From the NCBI GenBank assembly GCA_963782595.1, contig CAWAKJ010000005.1, forward strand, positions 729,581 through 793,580: DNA of 64,000 nucleotides. Direction: 5' to 3'. Position numbers and translations under genes: made by a program. Origin of the DNA: Vicinamibacterales bacterium. GTDB lineage: Bacteria; Acidobacteriota; Vicinamibacteria; Vicinamibacterales; JAMQPK01. Positions 9,166 to 16,390 of the stretch are shown here, one piece after another; positions within the stretch are counted from its first letter, which is position 1; each line of letters opens with the position of its first letter. The notes under the pieces were generated by a model, which saw nothing but the letters and a program-made list of their open reading frames with translations, had not been told where the DNA came from and did not search any database.

Positions 9166-10953
9166 ATGCATGGCCGCGCTCTCCTTCTGATATTCATCCT
9201 GGGAAGTCTCTCGGTCGGCAGGGCACAAACGGTTTCACCCGAGACAACTGGACCTGGACCCTCGTCGTGGGTTGACGATCTCACTCCGATTGCGGCTGCC
9301 GACTGGACGCGCGATCGCGCCGCACATCTCGTCGAGCGCGCAGGTTTTGGGGAGAGCCCTGAGCAGATCGCGCGGCTTGCGGCGATGAGACCAAACGAGG
9401 TGGTCGAGTGGCTTGTGTCGTACGAAGCCGTCGACAATCGCGACCTCAGGCCGTTCGAGGAATCGGGCATCTGGGATCCAGGCATGGATCCGTTTCCGGC
9501 GAGCAGAGCCGAGACCGTGCGGATCGCGTACGAGCGCGGCGAAGCGCTGGGCATCAAAGTGCTGCCGCCTGGAACGCAGAGACGAATCCAGCCGATTGTC
9601 GACAAGTTCTTCTACTCGCTCATCGCCAATGGCATCGAAACGCAGCGCCTCGGACTCTGGTGGGCGAATCGCATGCTGACGACCAGACGTCCGCTCGAAG
9701 AGAAGCTCACCTTGTTCTGGCACGGTCACTTTGCGACTGGTGCGAACAAGGTTCGCGACTACCGGATGATGCTCCGGCAGAACGAGACGTTCCGTGTGCG
9801 CGCCTCGGGCACGCTTCGCGATCTGCTGGTCGCGATCCTGAAGGATCCGGCGATGCTCGTGTATCTGGACAACGGCGAGAATGTCAGGAAGCACCCGAAC
9901 GAGAACTTCGGCCGCGAGTTGCTCGAACTGTTTACGATGGGCGTCGGGAACTACACCGAGCGCGACGTGCGCGAGGCCGCGCGCGCGTTTACGGGCTGGT
10001 CGAACGACGTGCTCGTGTTCAAGTTCAACGCCGAGCTTCATGATGACGGTGAGAAGACGTTCCTCGGCCGGACGGGAGCGTTCAACGGCGAGGACATCAT
10101 CGATATCATCCTCGCGCAGCCTGTGACTGCTGAATTCGTCGCGGCGAAGCTCTACAGGTACTTCGTGCGCGAGGACGTGTCCGATGCCGTGAAGAAGGAG
10201 CTCGGGCGCTCATTCCGCGAGAGCGGATACCAGCTGAAGCCCCTGTTGAGACGGATCTTTCTTTCGAAGGACTTCTACAGTCCGCCGTCCGTGGCCACCC
10301 AGATCAAGAGCCCCGTGCATCTGGTGGTGTCGACCTACAAGAAGATGGGTCTCCGCGAAGTGCCGACCATCCCCGACTTCGGGCGGATGACGGTCAGTCT
10401 CGGCCAGTCGCTGTTCGAGCCGCCGAACGTCGCCGGCTGGGCCGCCGGACGCACGTGGATTACGCCGGCCACGCTCCTGCAGCGCGGAAATCTGTTCCGC
10501 GATGTGATGTTTGCGGACGTCAACGCCTTCAGACCGCCCGATCGCTCGATGTCGGCCACCGATGCGCGGGTCGGAGAACGCCTCGCCAAAGGCATGAACA
10601 TCACGGAAGCCACCAAGGAAGGCGATGCCGAGTCGAACATGATGGTCGACCGCGAAGAGGACTACAACACGCGCTACGGTGGGTACAAGGGAGCCGTTGA
10701 CGCGTTCGCCCGAACGAAATTGATTCCGCGCCGTCCGGCCGCGATCGACCTGACGTCGATGGTCACAGCGGCACGCGCCGACACGGTCGGCAAAGTGGTC
10801 GATCATTTCGAGCGGCGGTTCCTTCGCGTTTCGCTTGCAGACAAGGATCGCGCCGTGCTGGTCGCATTTCTTCGCGGCAAGTTAGCGTCAGACGATGTGC
10901 GGCCAGGCGCCACACTCGAGAGTGCGCTCAGAGAACTGCTGTATCTGGTTTGA
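9166..10953 (+). CDS. DUF1800 family protein
   Basis: Signal peptide MHGRALLLIFILGSLSVGRAQ (alternative TTG start at 9160). Blocks FWHGHFAT and LLELFTMGVGNYTERDVREAARAFTGW. Paired with the downstream DUF1501 gene, as is usual for this family. Confidence 0.8.
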   Translation: MHGRALLLIFILGSLSVGRAQTVSPETTGPGPSSWVDDLTPIAAADWTRDRAAHLVERAGFGESPEQIARLAAMRPNEVVEWLVSYEAVDNRDLRPFEESGIWDPGMDPFPASRAETVRIAYERGEALGIKVLPPGTQRRIQPIVDKFFYSLIANGIETQRLGLWWANRMLTTRRPLEEKLTLFWHGHFATGANKVRDYRMMLRQNETFRVRASGTLRDLLVAILKDPAMLVYLDNGENVRKHPNENFGRELLELFTMGVGNYTERDVREAARAFTGWSNDVLVFKFNAELHDDGEKTFLGRTGAFNGEDIIDIILAQPVTAEFVAAKLYRYFVREDVSDAVKKELGRSFRESGYQLKPLLRRIFLSKDFYSPPSVATQIKSPVHLVVSTYKKMGLREVPTIPDFGRMTVSLGQSLFEPPNVAGWAAGRTWITPATLLQRGNLFRDVMFADVNAFRPPDRSMSATDARVGERLAKGMNITEATKEGDAESNMMVDREEDYNTRYGGYKGAVDAFARTKLIPRRPAAIDLTSMVTAARADTVGKVVDHFERRFLRVSLADKDRAVLVAFLRGKLASDDVRPGATLESALRELLYLV

Positions 10954-10990
10954 GTACTCCGGAATATCAACTGGGATAGCGGGTCCTGCA

Positions 10991-11025
10991 GTAGGGCGGG
11001 TCTTGAACTACAAGACCCGCCCTAC
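10991..11025. repeat. REP family 2 palindrome GTAGGGCGGGTCTTGAACTACAAGACCCGCCCTAC
   Basis: A 15-bp perfect stem with GTAG at both ends. It is followed by a third half-arm, GACCCGCCTACGA (11032-11044). Other copies at 28805-28839 and 57355-57389. Confidence 0.8.
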
Positions 11026-11059
11026 GAGACTGACCCGCCTACGACGAACGAGGTGCAGG

Positions 11060-12310
11060 ATGGCCGGTGCATGTCCGTGTTCGCGACGCGATTTCCTCCT
11101 TCGGGGCCTCTACGGCATCGGCGTTGGTGCCTCGATGCCGTTCGTCCTCAACAGGACGTCAGCAGCGCTGGCCGCGCAAGCCCTCGAGGGGACAAGCGTC
11201 GAGAAACATCGCAATCGAATTCTGGTGGTCGTCGAGCTCTCGGGTGGCAATGATGGCTTGAACACCGTCATCCCGTTCGGCGACGCGGCATACTATCGCG
11301 CGAGGCCGAACCTGGCGATTGCGGAGAAGCAGGCCATTCAGATCGCCGGCGGATTCGGGTTCCATCCTTCGATGGTGGGTTTCGAGCGTCTTTTCAAAGA
11401 CGGCCTGATGGCGGTGGTGCACGGTTGTGGCTACGACCATCCCAGCCTGTCGCACTTCTCGTCGATGGGGTTCTGGCACACGGGCGTCCCGAACGGCGGC
11501 GAGGCGCTGGGGTGGCTGGGCCGGCTCGCCGATGCGGGCTACGACCCGGCAACCCAGAACACGATCGTCAATCTGGGGAGCTCGCAGTCGCTCGCCGTGC
11601 GAAGCCGGAGACATTCGCCGCTGGTGTTCGACGATCCGGCACGGTTCCGCCGCGATGGCACGGACGCCGAAAAGCAGGCCCTGGTGGCGCTAAGCAAGAG
11701 CCGCACCACGCACAATGCGACGCTCGAGTTTCTTGCGTCGACCGCCCAGAACGCGACCGAAAGCTCTGACTTCGTGCGTCAGGCCTCGGCGTCCTATCGC
11801 ACGCCTGTGGACTACGGCATTGGCGGGGGACTGGGCGGCAATCTTCAAAGGGTCGCAGCGCTCATCGCAGCGGGAATACGGACACGCCTTTACTATGTTA
11901 CCTATGCGGGCAACTCGTTCGACACGCATGTGCTGCAGGCCGATCTGCACAGCCGCCTGCTGATGTACACGGCAGACGGCATCCGAGGCTTCATGGAGGA
12001 CATGAAGCGAATCGGACGCGCAGACGATGTGGCAATCATGGTGTTCACCGAGTTCGGACGCCGCGTGGAAGAGAACGGCAGCCTTGGCACCGACCACGGC
12101 ACCGCCACGCCGATGTTCATCTTCGGCAAGGGAATCAAAGGCGGCATGTACGGGCAGCACCCGAGCCTCACCGATCTGGACGATGGGAACCTGAAGATGA
12201 CCACCGACTTCAGGCGCGTTTATGCAACCGTCATCAAGGAGTGGCTCGGCTACGACGACACGCAAGCCGTGCTCAAAGACAGATTCGAAACGCTGGGAGT
12301 GTTTGCTTGA
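11060..12310 (+). CDS. DUF1501 family protein (sulfatase-like fold, Tat signal)
   Basis: Start at ATG 11060; the ORF-track start 10895 reads through the REP element. Tat motif SRRDFLLRGLYGIGVGA. Blocks VVVELSGGNDGLNTVIP and GTDHGTATPMFIFG. Confidence 0.85.
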   Translation: MAGACPCSRRDFLLRGLYGIGVGASMPFVLNRTSAALAAQALEGTSVEKHRNRILVVVELSGGNDGLNTVIPFGDAAYYRARPNLAIAEKQAIQIAGGFGFHPSMVGFERLFKDGLMAVVHGCGYDHPSLSHFSSMGFWHTGVPNGGEALGWLGRLADAGYDPATQNTIVNLGSSQSLAVRSRRHSPLVFDDPARFRRDGTDAEKQALVALSKSRTTHNATLEFLASTAQNATESSDFVRQASASYRTPVDYGIGGGLGGNLQRVAALIAAGIRTRLYYVTYAGNSFDTHVLQADLHSRLLMYTADGIRGFMEDMKRIGRADDVAIMVFTEFGRRVEENGSLGTDHGTATPMFIFGKGIKGGMYGQHPSLTDLDDGNLKMTTDFRRVYATVIKEWLGYDDTQAVLKDRFETLGVFA

Positions 12311-12531
12311 TCCGTCGATTGACGCAGAGTCGCAGAGACGCCGAGGAAAAACTGCGACAGCAAACGCGACGACGCGACGAACGCGATGACACGACGTGAA
12401 GCGACATTGAATCTGAAAGGCATTAGCTGAGATTGGGAGGTCGAGAGCGCGATGGGTGGAGCCGTCTCCTGCATCGACGTCGATGGCTCCACGGATTGAG
12501 CTGATGCACTCCACGGAGCGGGAGCGTTCAG

Positions 12532-12561
12532 CCTCCTGAACTCCTGATCTTCTGTTGTATT
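12532..12561 (+). repeat. CCTCCTGA-class short tandem repeat with GTATT tail
   Basis: CCTCCTGAACTCCTGATCTTCTGTTGTATT is preceded by GGAGCGTTCAGC. The same module occurs at 59287-59344, and related copies at 56284-56307, 45108-45131 (complement sense) and 63794-63822. Confidence 0.6.
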
Positions 12562-12604
12562 AGGTTGTGAATGCGCTACGAGTGATGTTCTTGGAGATTA
12601 CTGC

Positions 12605-13099
12605 ATGAAAATCAGCTTGGTTCCCGTCATTGGAGTGCTTGCCGTCGTTCTCGTTGGTTTCCCGTCAGACAGTGCTGGGCAGATGGTTCGACGCATTCAG
12701 CCCGAGAAGGCCGCCATTGCCACGGCGGTCTGGCATGGCGATACGTTGTACGTCAGCGGTCAGGTGCCCGATCCGGTGAAACCGGCTGTCCAGGGAACGC
12801 CGGCGGTCTACGCAAGCGGTACGCGCACACAGTCGGAGAACGTCTTCAGAAAGATCGAAAGCATTCTGAAAGAGCAGGGCCTCGGCATGGGGGACGTCGT
12901 CATGATGCACGTCTACCTTGTTGGCGATCCCGCGACGGGCGGCAAGATGGACTTTGCGGGCATGATGGCCGCCTATACGCAGCACTTCGGTTCTGCGGCG
13001 CAGCCGAACAAGCCTGCCCGCAGCACGGTGCAGGTGGCGTCGCTCGTCGCGCCCGGTGCGCTCGTGGAAATCGAAGTGATTGCGGTCCGGCCGAAATAG
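12605..13099 (+). CDS. RidA/YjgF/UK114 family protein with signal peptide
   Basis: Blocks TLYVSGQVPDP and PARSTVQVASLVAPGALVEIEVIAV are typical of YjgF/RidA. The N-terminus MKISLVPVIGVLAVVLVGF is hydrophobic. Confidence 0.8.
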   Translation: MKISLVPVIGVLAVVLVGFPSDSAGQMVRRIQPEKAAIATAVWHGDTLYVSGQVPDPVKPAVQGTPAVYASGTRTQSENVFRKIESILKEQGLGMGDVVMMHVYLVGDPATGGKMDFAGMMAAYTQHFGSAAQPNKPARSTVQVASLVAPGALVEIEVIAVRPK

Positions 13100-13161
13100 C
13101 GCAGGCCGTTCTAACGCATAGCAGTTTCAGCGTCGATCCACTCGGACATAGTCCGCACGCC

Positions 13162-13255
13162 CGCCAACGCGGAAGGCGGATCTGTCTGCCACGCGGCCGG
13201 AACTGACGGTGCACGAACACGGCCGCTTGCAGACAGATCCGCCTCCCGCATGGCG
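13162..13255. repeat. Palindromic element W (hairpin); left arm is also an inverted repeat of 13951-13996
   Basis: CGCCAACGCGGAAGGCGGATCTGTCTGC ... GCAGACAGATCCGCCTCCCGCATGGCG. The left arm plus loop (13162-13207) is about 90% identical to the reverse complement of 13951-13996. Confidence 0.6.
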
Positions 13256-13351
13256 AGGCGCTGACTCTCCGATGGTATCCAGCTTCCCGCCATCGCCTAG
13301 GCGGTATCGGGTCTCGCAAGGGGTCCAAAAATCTGCGAGTGCGGGGCTTTC

Positions 13352-13645
13352 TTACCGCACTGCAGTCACTCTGCTCACTGGGACCTGCGGCATCCACGCA
13401 GGCGTCGCATCCTCCCACTGGTTGTCGGTGAGCTGCCGCAGTCCTGTCCCATCGGGCCGGATCATGAAGAGCTCGCCGTAGGGCTGGGGAATCGTTTCAG
13501 ACAGTGCGCGCTCGTCCTTGAATCCCATGAGGGCGCTGCTGAAGACAACCCATTGGCCGTCAGGCGACCAGATTGAGTGCGCATCGCCTGGCGAATCGGT
13601 CAGCTTACGCAGGCCGGTGCCATCCGGCCGTATGAGGTAGAGCAC
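13352..13645 (-). pseudogene. C-terminal remnant of a TolB-like / PD40 beta-propeller repeat protein
   Basis: Two PD40-type repeats (LIRPDGTGLRKLTDSPGDAHSIWSPDGQWVVF; MIRPDGTGLRQLTDNQWED). Upstream the frame runs directly into palindromic element X and loses all similarity. No signal peptide and no SD. Confidence 0.5.
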
Positions 13646-13649
13646 AACC

Positions 13650-13893
13650 GTGTAGCGTCCCAGGGGCGGTTGGGTTGGCCTTGCTGCATCGCGAAGCCGT
13701 GCGCAGGCGGCCGACCCGCCACGCCTGACCGCGCGAGAAGCCTCCGGGAATCAAGCGAGGTTGACCGAGCGAAGGCAGGGACCTCGCGTCGGGCGGTCAC
13801 CGTCGGGCCTCGGAGCGCGCGTCCGGCCCCGAAGCTTCGGATTCGCGATGCAGCAAGGCCAACCCAAGCGCCTTCGGGCTGGGACGCTTACTC
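13650..13893. repeat. Palindromic structured element X (core 13670-13867), homolog of Y at 35435-35606
   Basis: 26-bp perfect closing stem TTGGGTTGGCCTTGCTGCATCGCGAA / TTCGCGATGCAGCAAGGCCAACCCAA. It shares an internal 20-mer CCTGACCGCGCGAGAAGCCT and a GCGAGGT..ACCTCGC hairpin with copy Y. Confidence 0.7.
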
Positions 13894-13894
13894 G

Positions 13895-13919
13895 GTCCGG
13901 CTAAAGCCGGACACTACGT
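13895..13919 (-). repeat. REP family 1 copy
   Basis: Plus strand reads GTCCGGCTAAAGCCGGACACTACGT. The GTAG-first orientation is on the minus strand. Confidence 0.8.
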
Positions 13920-13950
13920 ACAACTGAAAAGCGCGCTAGCGCGAAGGCGG

Positions 13951-13996
13951 GTCAGTTCCGGCCGGCAGGCAGACAGATCCGCCTCCCGCGTTGGCG
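13951..13996. repeat. Element W arm (inverted copy of 13162-13207)
   Basis: GTCAGTTCCGGCCGGCAGGCAGACAGATCCGCCTCCCGCGTTGGCG is close to the reverse complement of 13162-13207. Confidence 0.6.
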
Positions 13997-14056
13997 CGCG
14001 TGACCTCCCTGAGGAATCATGCCGGCTGATCTGGGATTGGCCCATCGCGTGTTGCG

Positions 14057-15028
14057 CTATTTACCTTCCCCCGCGGCCTTCTCCTGCACACGTGCGCCAC
14101 TGAGGAGGTTCACCATCCCGTAGTTGCCCTCGTGGCAGGCGTACTCGTAAATCAGCTCATCGGTGCCGGCCATCGGAATCGCCGCCGTCCACTTGCTCGT
14201 GAAGGTTGCCGGGTCGTCGATCGTAAATTCGTACTTGACGGTGCCGTTGTCTATGCGCGTAAAGCGCTCGATGAGCCGAAGCTTTTCCGTTGACCCTCTG
14301 AAGCTCCATTTGTCGGTGAAGTTCGTGGTCTCGACGACGAGCGTGTCGCCTTCCCAGCGCCCGCGCGAATCGCCGAACCACTGGCGAACGTTCTGGCCGA
14401 TGTGTGGACGGCCGTCGAGAGGAATGATCCGGGCATCGTGAATCATCTCGTGGAGAATCACGACATGCGTCGGGGTCTGCAGAATCTGGTAGTTGTTGTT
14501 GTAAGGACCTGGCACCAGGGGCAGCCCGCGCGTGATGCAGCGCTCCCACAGGCTCCGATCCTCCCAGGAATCATAGCCGCGCGCGGCGCGCGCGGTCGCA
14601 CGCTTTTGTCCCTCCGGCGTCAACACCGGTACGCGTCCATCGGGCGGATCGACCACGAGCGACGTCTGCCTCGTTGAGACGACCTTCGTTCCCCGATCCC
14701 ACCAGAAGTCGTTGTAGGCTCGGGCGAGGTCGGTGTCGGTCCCGGCGCCATCGCGTCGATCCTGGTTGTTTGTCGTCAGGTTTGTTCTCTCGAGTTCCGC
14801 CGCTTCTTCCTCGGTGAGCACCTGTTTGCCGGCAAGGGCGCCGGGCCGTTCGAAAGGTGTAATCGTCGCAATCGACCAGACGCCCTGAAGATCCGGATCG
14901 CCCCACGGCATGCGGGGCAGGGTTCGGGTCTCCGTCCTGGACTGACCGGCGATCGTGATCGTTGCCAGCGAGGCTGCGGCGGCCGCTAACGCGAGCGCCC
15001 TAATTGGTCTTCTTGCGAAGATGGCCAT
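14057..15028 (-). CDS. Secreted protein, uncharacterised paralog family A (member 1)
   Basis: Signal peptide followed by WGDPDLQGVW. Blocks SLVVDPPDGRVP, NNNYQILQTPTHVVILHEMIHDARIIPLDGRPH, WFGDSRGRWEGDTLVV, IERFTRI and YEYACHEGNY are shared with 16386-17345 and 18663-19713. The start overlaps the upstream gene by 29 nt. Confidence 0.8.
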   Translation of the reverse strand: MAIFARRPIRALALAAAAASLATITIAGQSRTETRTLPRMPWGDPDLQGVWSIATITPFERPGALAGKQVLTEEEAAELERTNLTTNNQDRRDGAGTDTDLARAYNDFWWDRGTKVVSTRQTSLVVDPPDGRVPVLTPEGQKRATARAARGYDSWEDRSLWERCITRGLPLVPGPYNNNYQILQTPTHVVILHEMIHDARIIPLDGRPHIGQNVRQWFGDSRGRWEGDTLVVETTNFTDKWSFRGSTEKLRLIERFTRIDNGTVKYEFTIDDPATFTSKWTAAIPMAGTDELIYEYACHEGNYGMVNLLSGARVQEKAAGEGK

Positions 15029-15830
15029 ACATCAACTCTTCCACGAATTCGACGCATTTGTATTCGAGGAGCTGCGCGTTCTTCTCGACGCGGCGATAGA
15101 GCGGCATGCTCATCTTCCAGGGACGCGTGAACACCTTGGAATCTTCGATCGTGACGTCGTACTGAAGCACATCGCGACTGACGGGCGTAAAGCGCTCGAC
15201 GACGTGCAGCGCATCGCTGTGAAAATTGCCGGCACGATCGAACCACGTCTCGCCGTTGAAGGCGTTGACATCCACGACCAGTGTGTCGCCTTCCCAGCGC
15301 CCGCGCGACCAGCCCATCCAGGTGTCGGCGGGGCTCTCGTCTTTGCTGTTCATGTAGATCGTGCGGCTCGCGCTCGCGAATTCATACGCCATCAGGATGT
15401 GTGTGGGCGTCTGCACGACCTGAAACGGGTAGGGCATGTAGGTGGCTCGTGGCACACCCGGCATGTAGCATTTGATCTCGGGATCGAGCTTCACCCAGTT
15501 CGCGGCATTCTCTTTCTTTTTCGCCGCCGCCCATGGCTGGTAGGGAATGTCATCGCCCTCGACGACGCCGATGCCGGCAGGCACGCTGAAGGAGGCACCG
15601 AGCTCGAGAACCGGCCCCTGTCGAGCGGCGTGACCTTGAACGTCCCAGTTGGCGGTGTTGTTGGCCTGCCAAATCCCGTTGAGATCCGGCTTGCCGTCCT
15701 TGAACGGCGAACGCGGCGCTTTATACGTCGCGGGCGCCTGTCCTGCAGTCGGCATGACGGCGAGCGACAGAACCGTAAGCCCGGCGGCTGCGCCGACGGC
15801 AACGATGGTGAGTCTGAGCCGGGTTTGCAT
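15000..15830 (-). CDS. Secreted protein, divergent short member of paralog family A
   Basis: Start at ATG 15830 (MQTRLRLTIVAVGAAAGL..), preceded by GGAG and a REP-1 copy. It shares only the C-terminal-half blocks (QVVQTPTHILMAYE, WSRGRWEGDTLVV, VVERFT, LEYKCVE). Confidence 0.75.
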   Translation of the reverse strand: MQTRLRLTIVAVGAAAGLTVLSLAVMPTAGQAPATYKAPRSPFKDGKPDLNGIWQANNTANWDVQGHAARQGPVLELGASFSVPAGIGVVEGDDIPYQPWAAAKKKENAANWVKLDPEIKCYMPGVPRATYMPYPFQVVQTPTHILMAYEFASASRTIYMNSKDESPADTWMGWSRGRWEGDTLVVDVNAFNGETWFDRAGNFHSDALHVVERFTPVSRDVLQYDVTIEDSKVFTRPWKMSMPLYRRVEKNAQLLEYKCVEFVEELMYGHLRKKTN

Positions 15831-15846
15831 CTCGAAATCTCCAACG

Positions 15847-15871
15847 GTCCGGCTAAAGCCGGACACTACGT
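15847..15871 (-). repeat. REP family 1 copy in 5' leader of 15830 gene
   Basis: Minus sense reads ACGTAGTGTCCGGCTTTAGCCGGAC-cgttGGAGatttcgagATG. Confidence 0.8.
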
Positions 15872-15877
15872 ATTACC

Positions 15878-15925
15878 ACCTGCCATCTGCCATCTGCCAT
15901 CTGCCATCCGCCATCTGCCCTGACA
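15878..15925 (+). repeat. GCCATCT heptad tandem array ending CTGACA
   Basis: CACCTGCC ATCTGCC ATCTGCC ATCTGCC ATCCGCC ATCTGCC CTGACA. Related arrays at 17361-17433, 22179-22256, 57320-57353 and 57391-57425. Confidence 0.8.
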
Positions 15926-15932
15926 TGTTTCA

Positions 15933-16352
15933 CTATTTAGGCGGCGGCTGCGGATCGCCCGGGGCACCCGTGCCGGTCGAACCGATGAATAGCTTTCGTC
16001 CATCCGGAAACGTAATGTCTCTGCCGTTTCCCTTGAGCGTGCCGTCTTTGGCCTGATAGCCATCGACGATGATCACGGTTCCGAAGGGGAGGGAATTCTT
16101 GTTGACGCCCCTTCTGAATAGCGTATTCGGCGTGCCCCCTTCGATCATCCACTTTTCGACTGTGCCGTTGGCCGCCTTCACGTCGATGTGTATCCACGCG
16201 TGAGGATTGATCCACTCGACCTTCGTCACGGTGCCCTGGAGCTTGATCGGTTTCTTTGCGTCGAACTCTGCAGCAAAGGCGTGGTGCGCCCGCAGCGGAA
16301 CCGTGGCACACAGGAGGGCCAAGGCAGCAAGGGCAGACATCAGTATTCGCAT
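15933..16352 (-). CDS. Small secreted protein (DUF6152-like as recalled); predicted mature N-terminus His-His
   Basis: Signal peptide MRILMSALAALALLCATVPLRA, then HHAFAAEFDAKKPIKLQGTVTKVEWINPHAWIHIDVK. SD GGAGG lies 4 nt upstream and a REP-1 copy sits just 5' of the SD. Confidence 0.75.
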   Translation of the reverse strand: MRILMSALAALALLCATVPLRAHHAFAAEFDAKKPIKLQGTVTKVEWINPHAWIHIDVKAANGTVEKWMIEGGTPNTLFRRGVNKNSLPFGTVIIVDGYQAKDGTLKGNGRDITFPDGRKLFIGSTGTGAPGDPQPPPK

Positions 16353-16366
16353 GAATCCTCCGAAAG

Positions 16367-16390
16367 GTCCGGCTAAAGCCGGACTCTACT
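16367..16390 (-). repeat. REP family 1 copy filling the spacer between two genes
   Basis: Minus sense reads aaaGTAGAGTCCGGCTTTAGCCGGAC-ctttcGGAGGattcATG. The TAG stop of the 16386-17345 gene lies inside the GTAG tetranucleotide. Confidence 0.8.

Noticed and set aside
10895-11059. Upstream start for the DUF1501 gene
   Set aside because: The extension translates the REP-2 palindrome and overlaps the DUF1800 3' end. The Tat-type N-terminus begins at ATG 11060.
13577-13927. ORFs across elements X and Y (13577-13927, 35246-35611, 35503-35724) that share peptide similarity
   Set aside because: The similarity comes from the DNA repeat itself. The translations are low-complexity, have no SD or start context, and the regions are dominated by long stems.
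13162-13996. Insertion sequence bounded by 46-nt inverted repeats
   Set aside because: There is no transposase-like ORF inside. The content is a gene remnant plus palindromic repeats, and the left 'IR' is itself part of a local hairpin.
15878-15925. CRISPR array hypothesis for the tandem repeats
   Set aside because: The units are only 7-8 nt, contiguous with no unique spacers, and no cas genes are present.
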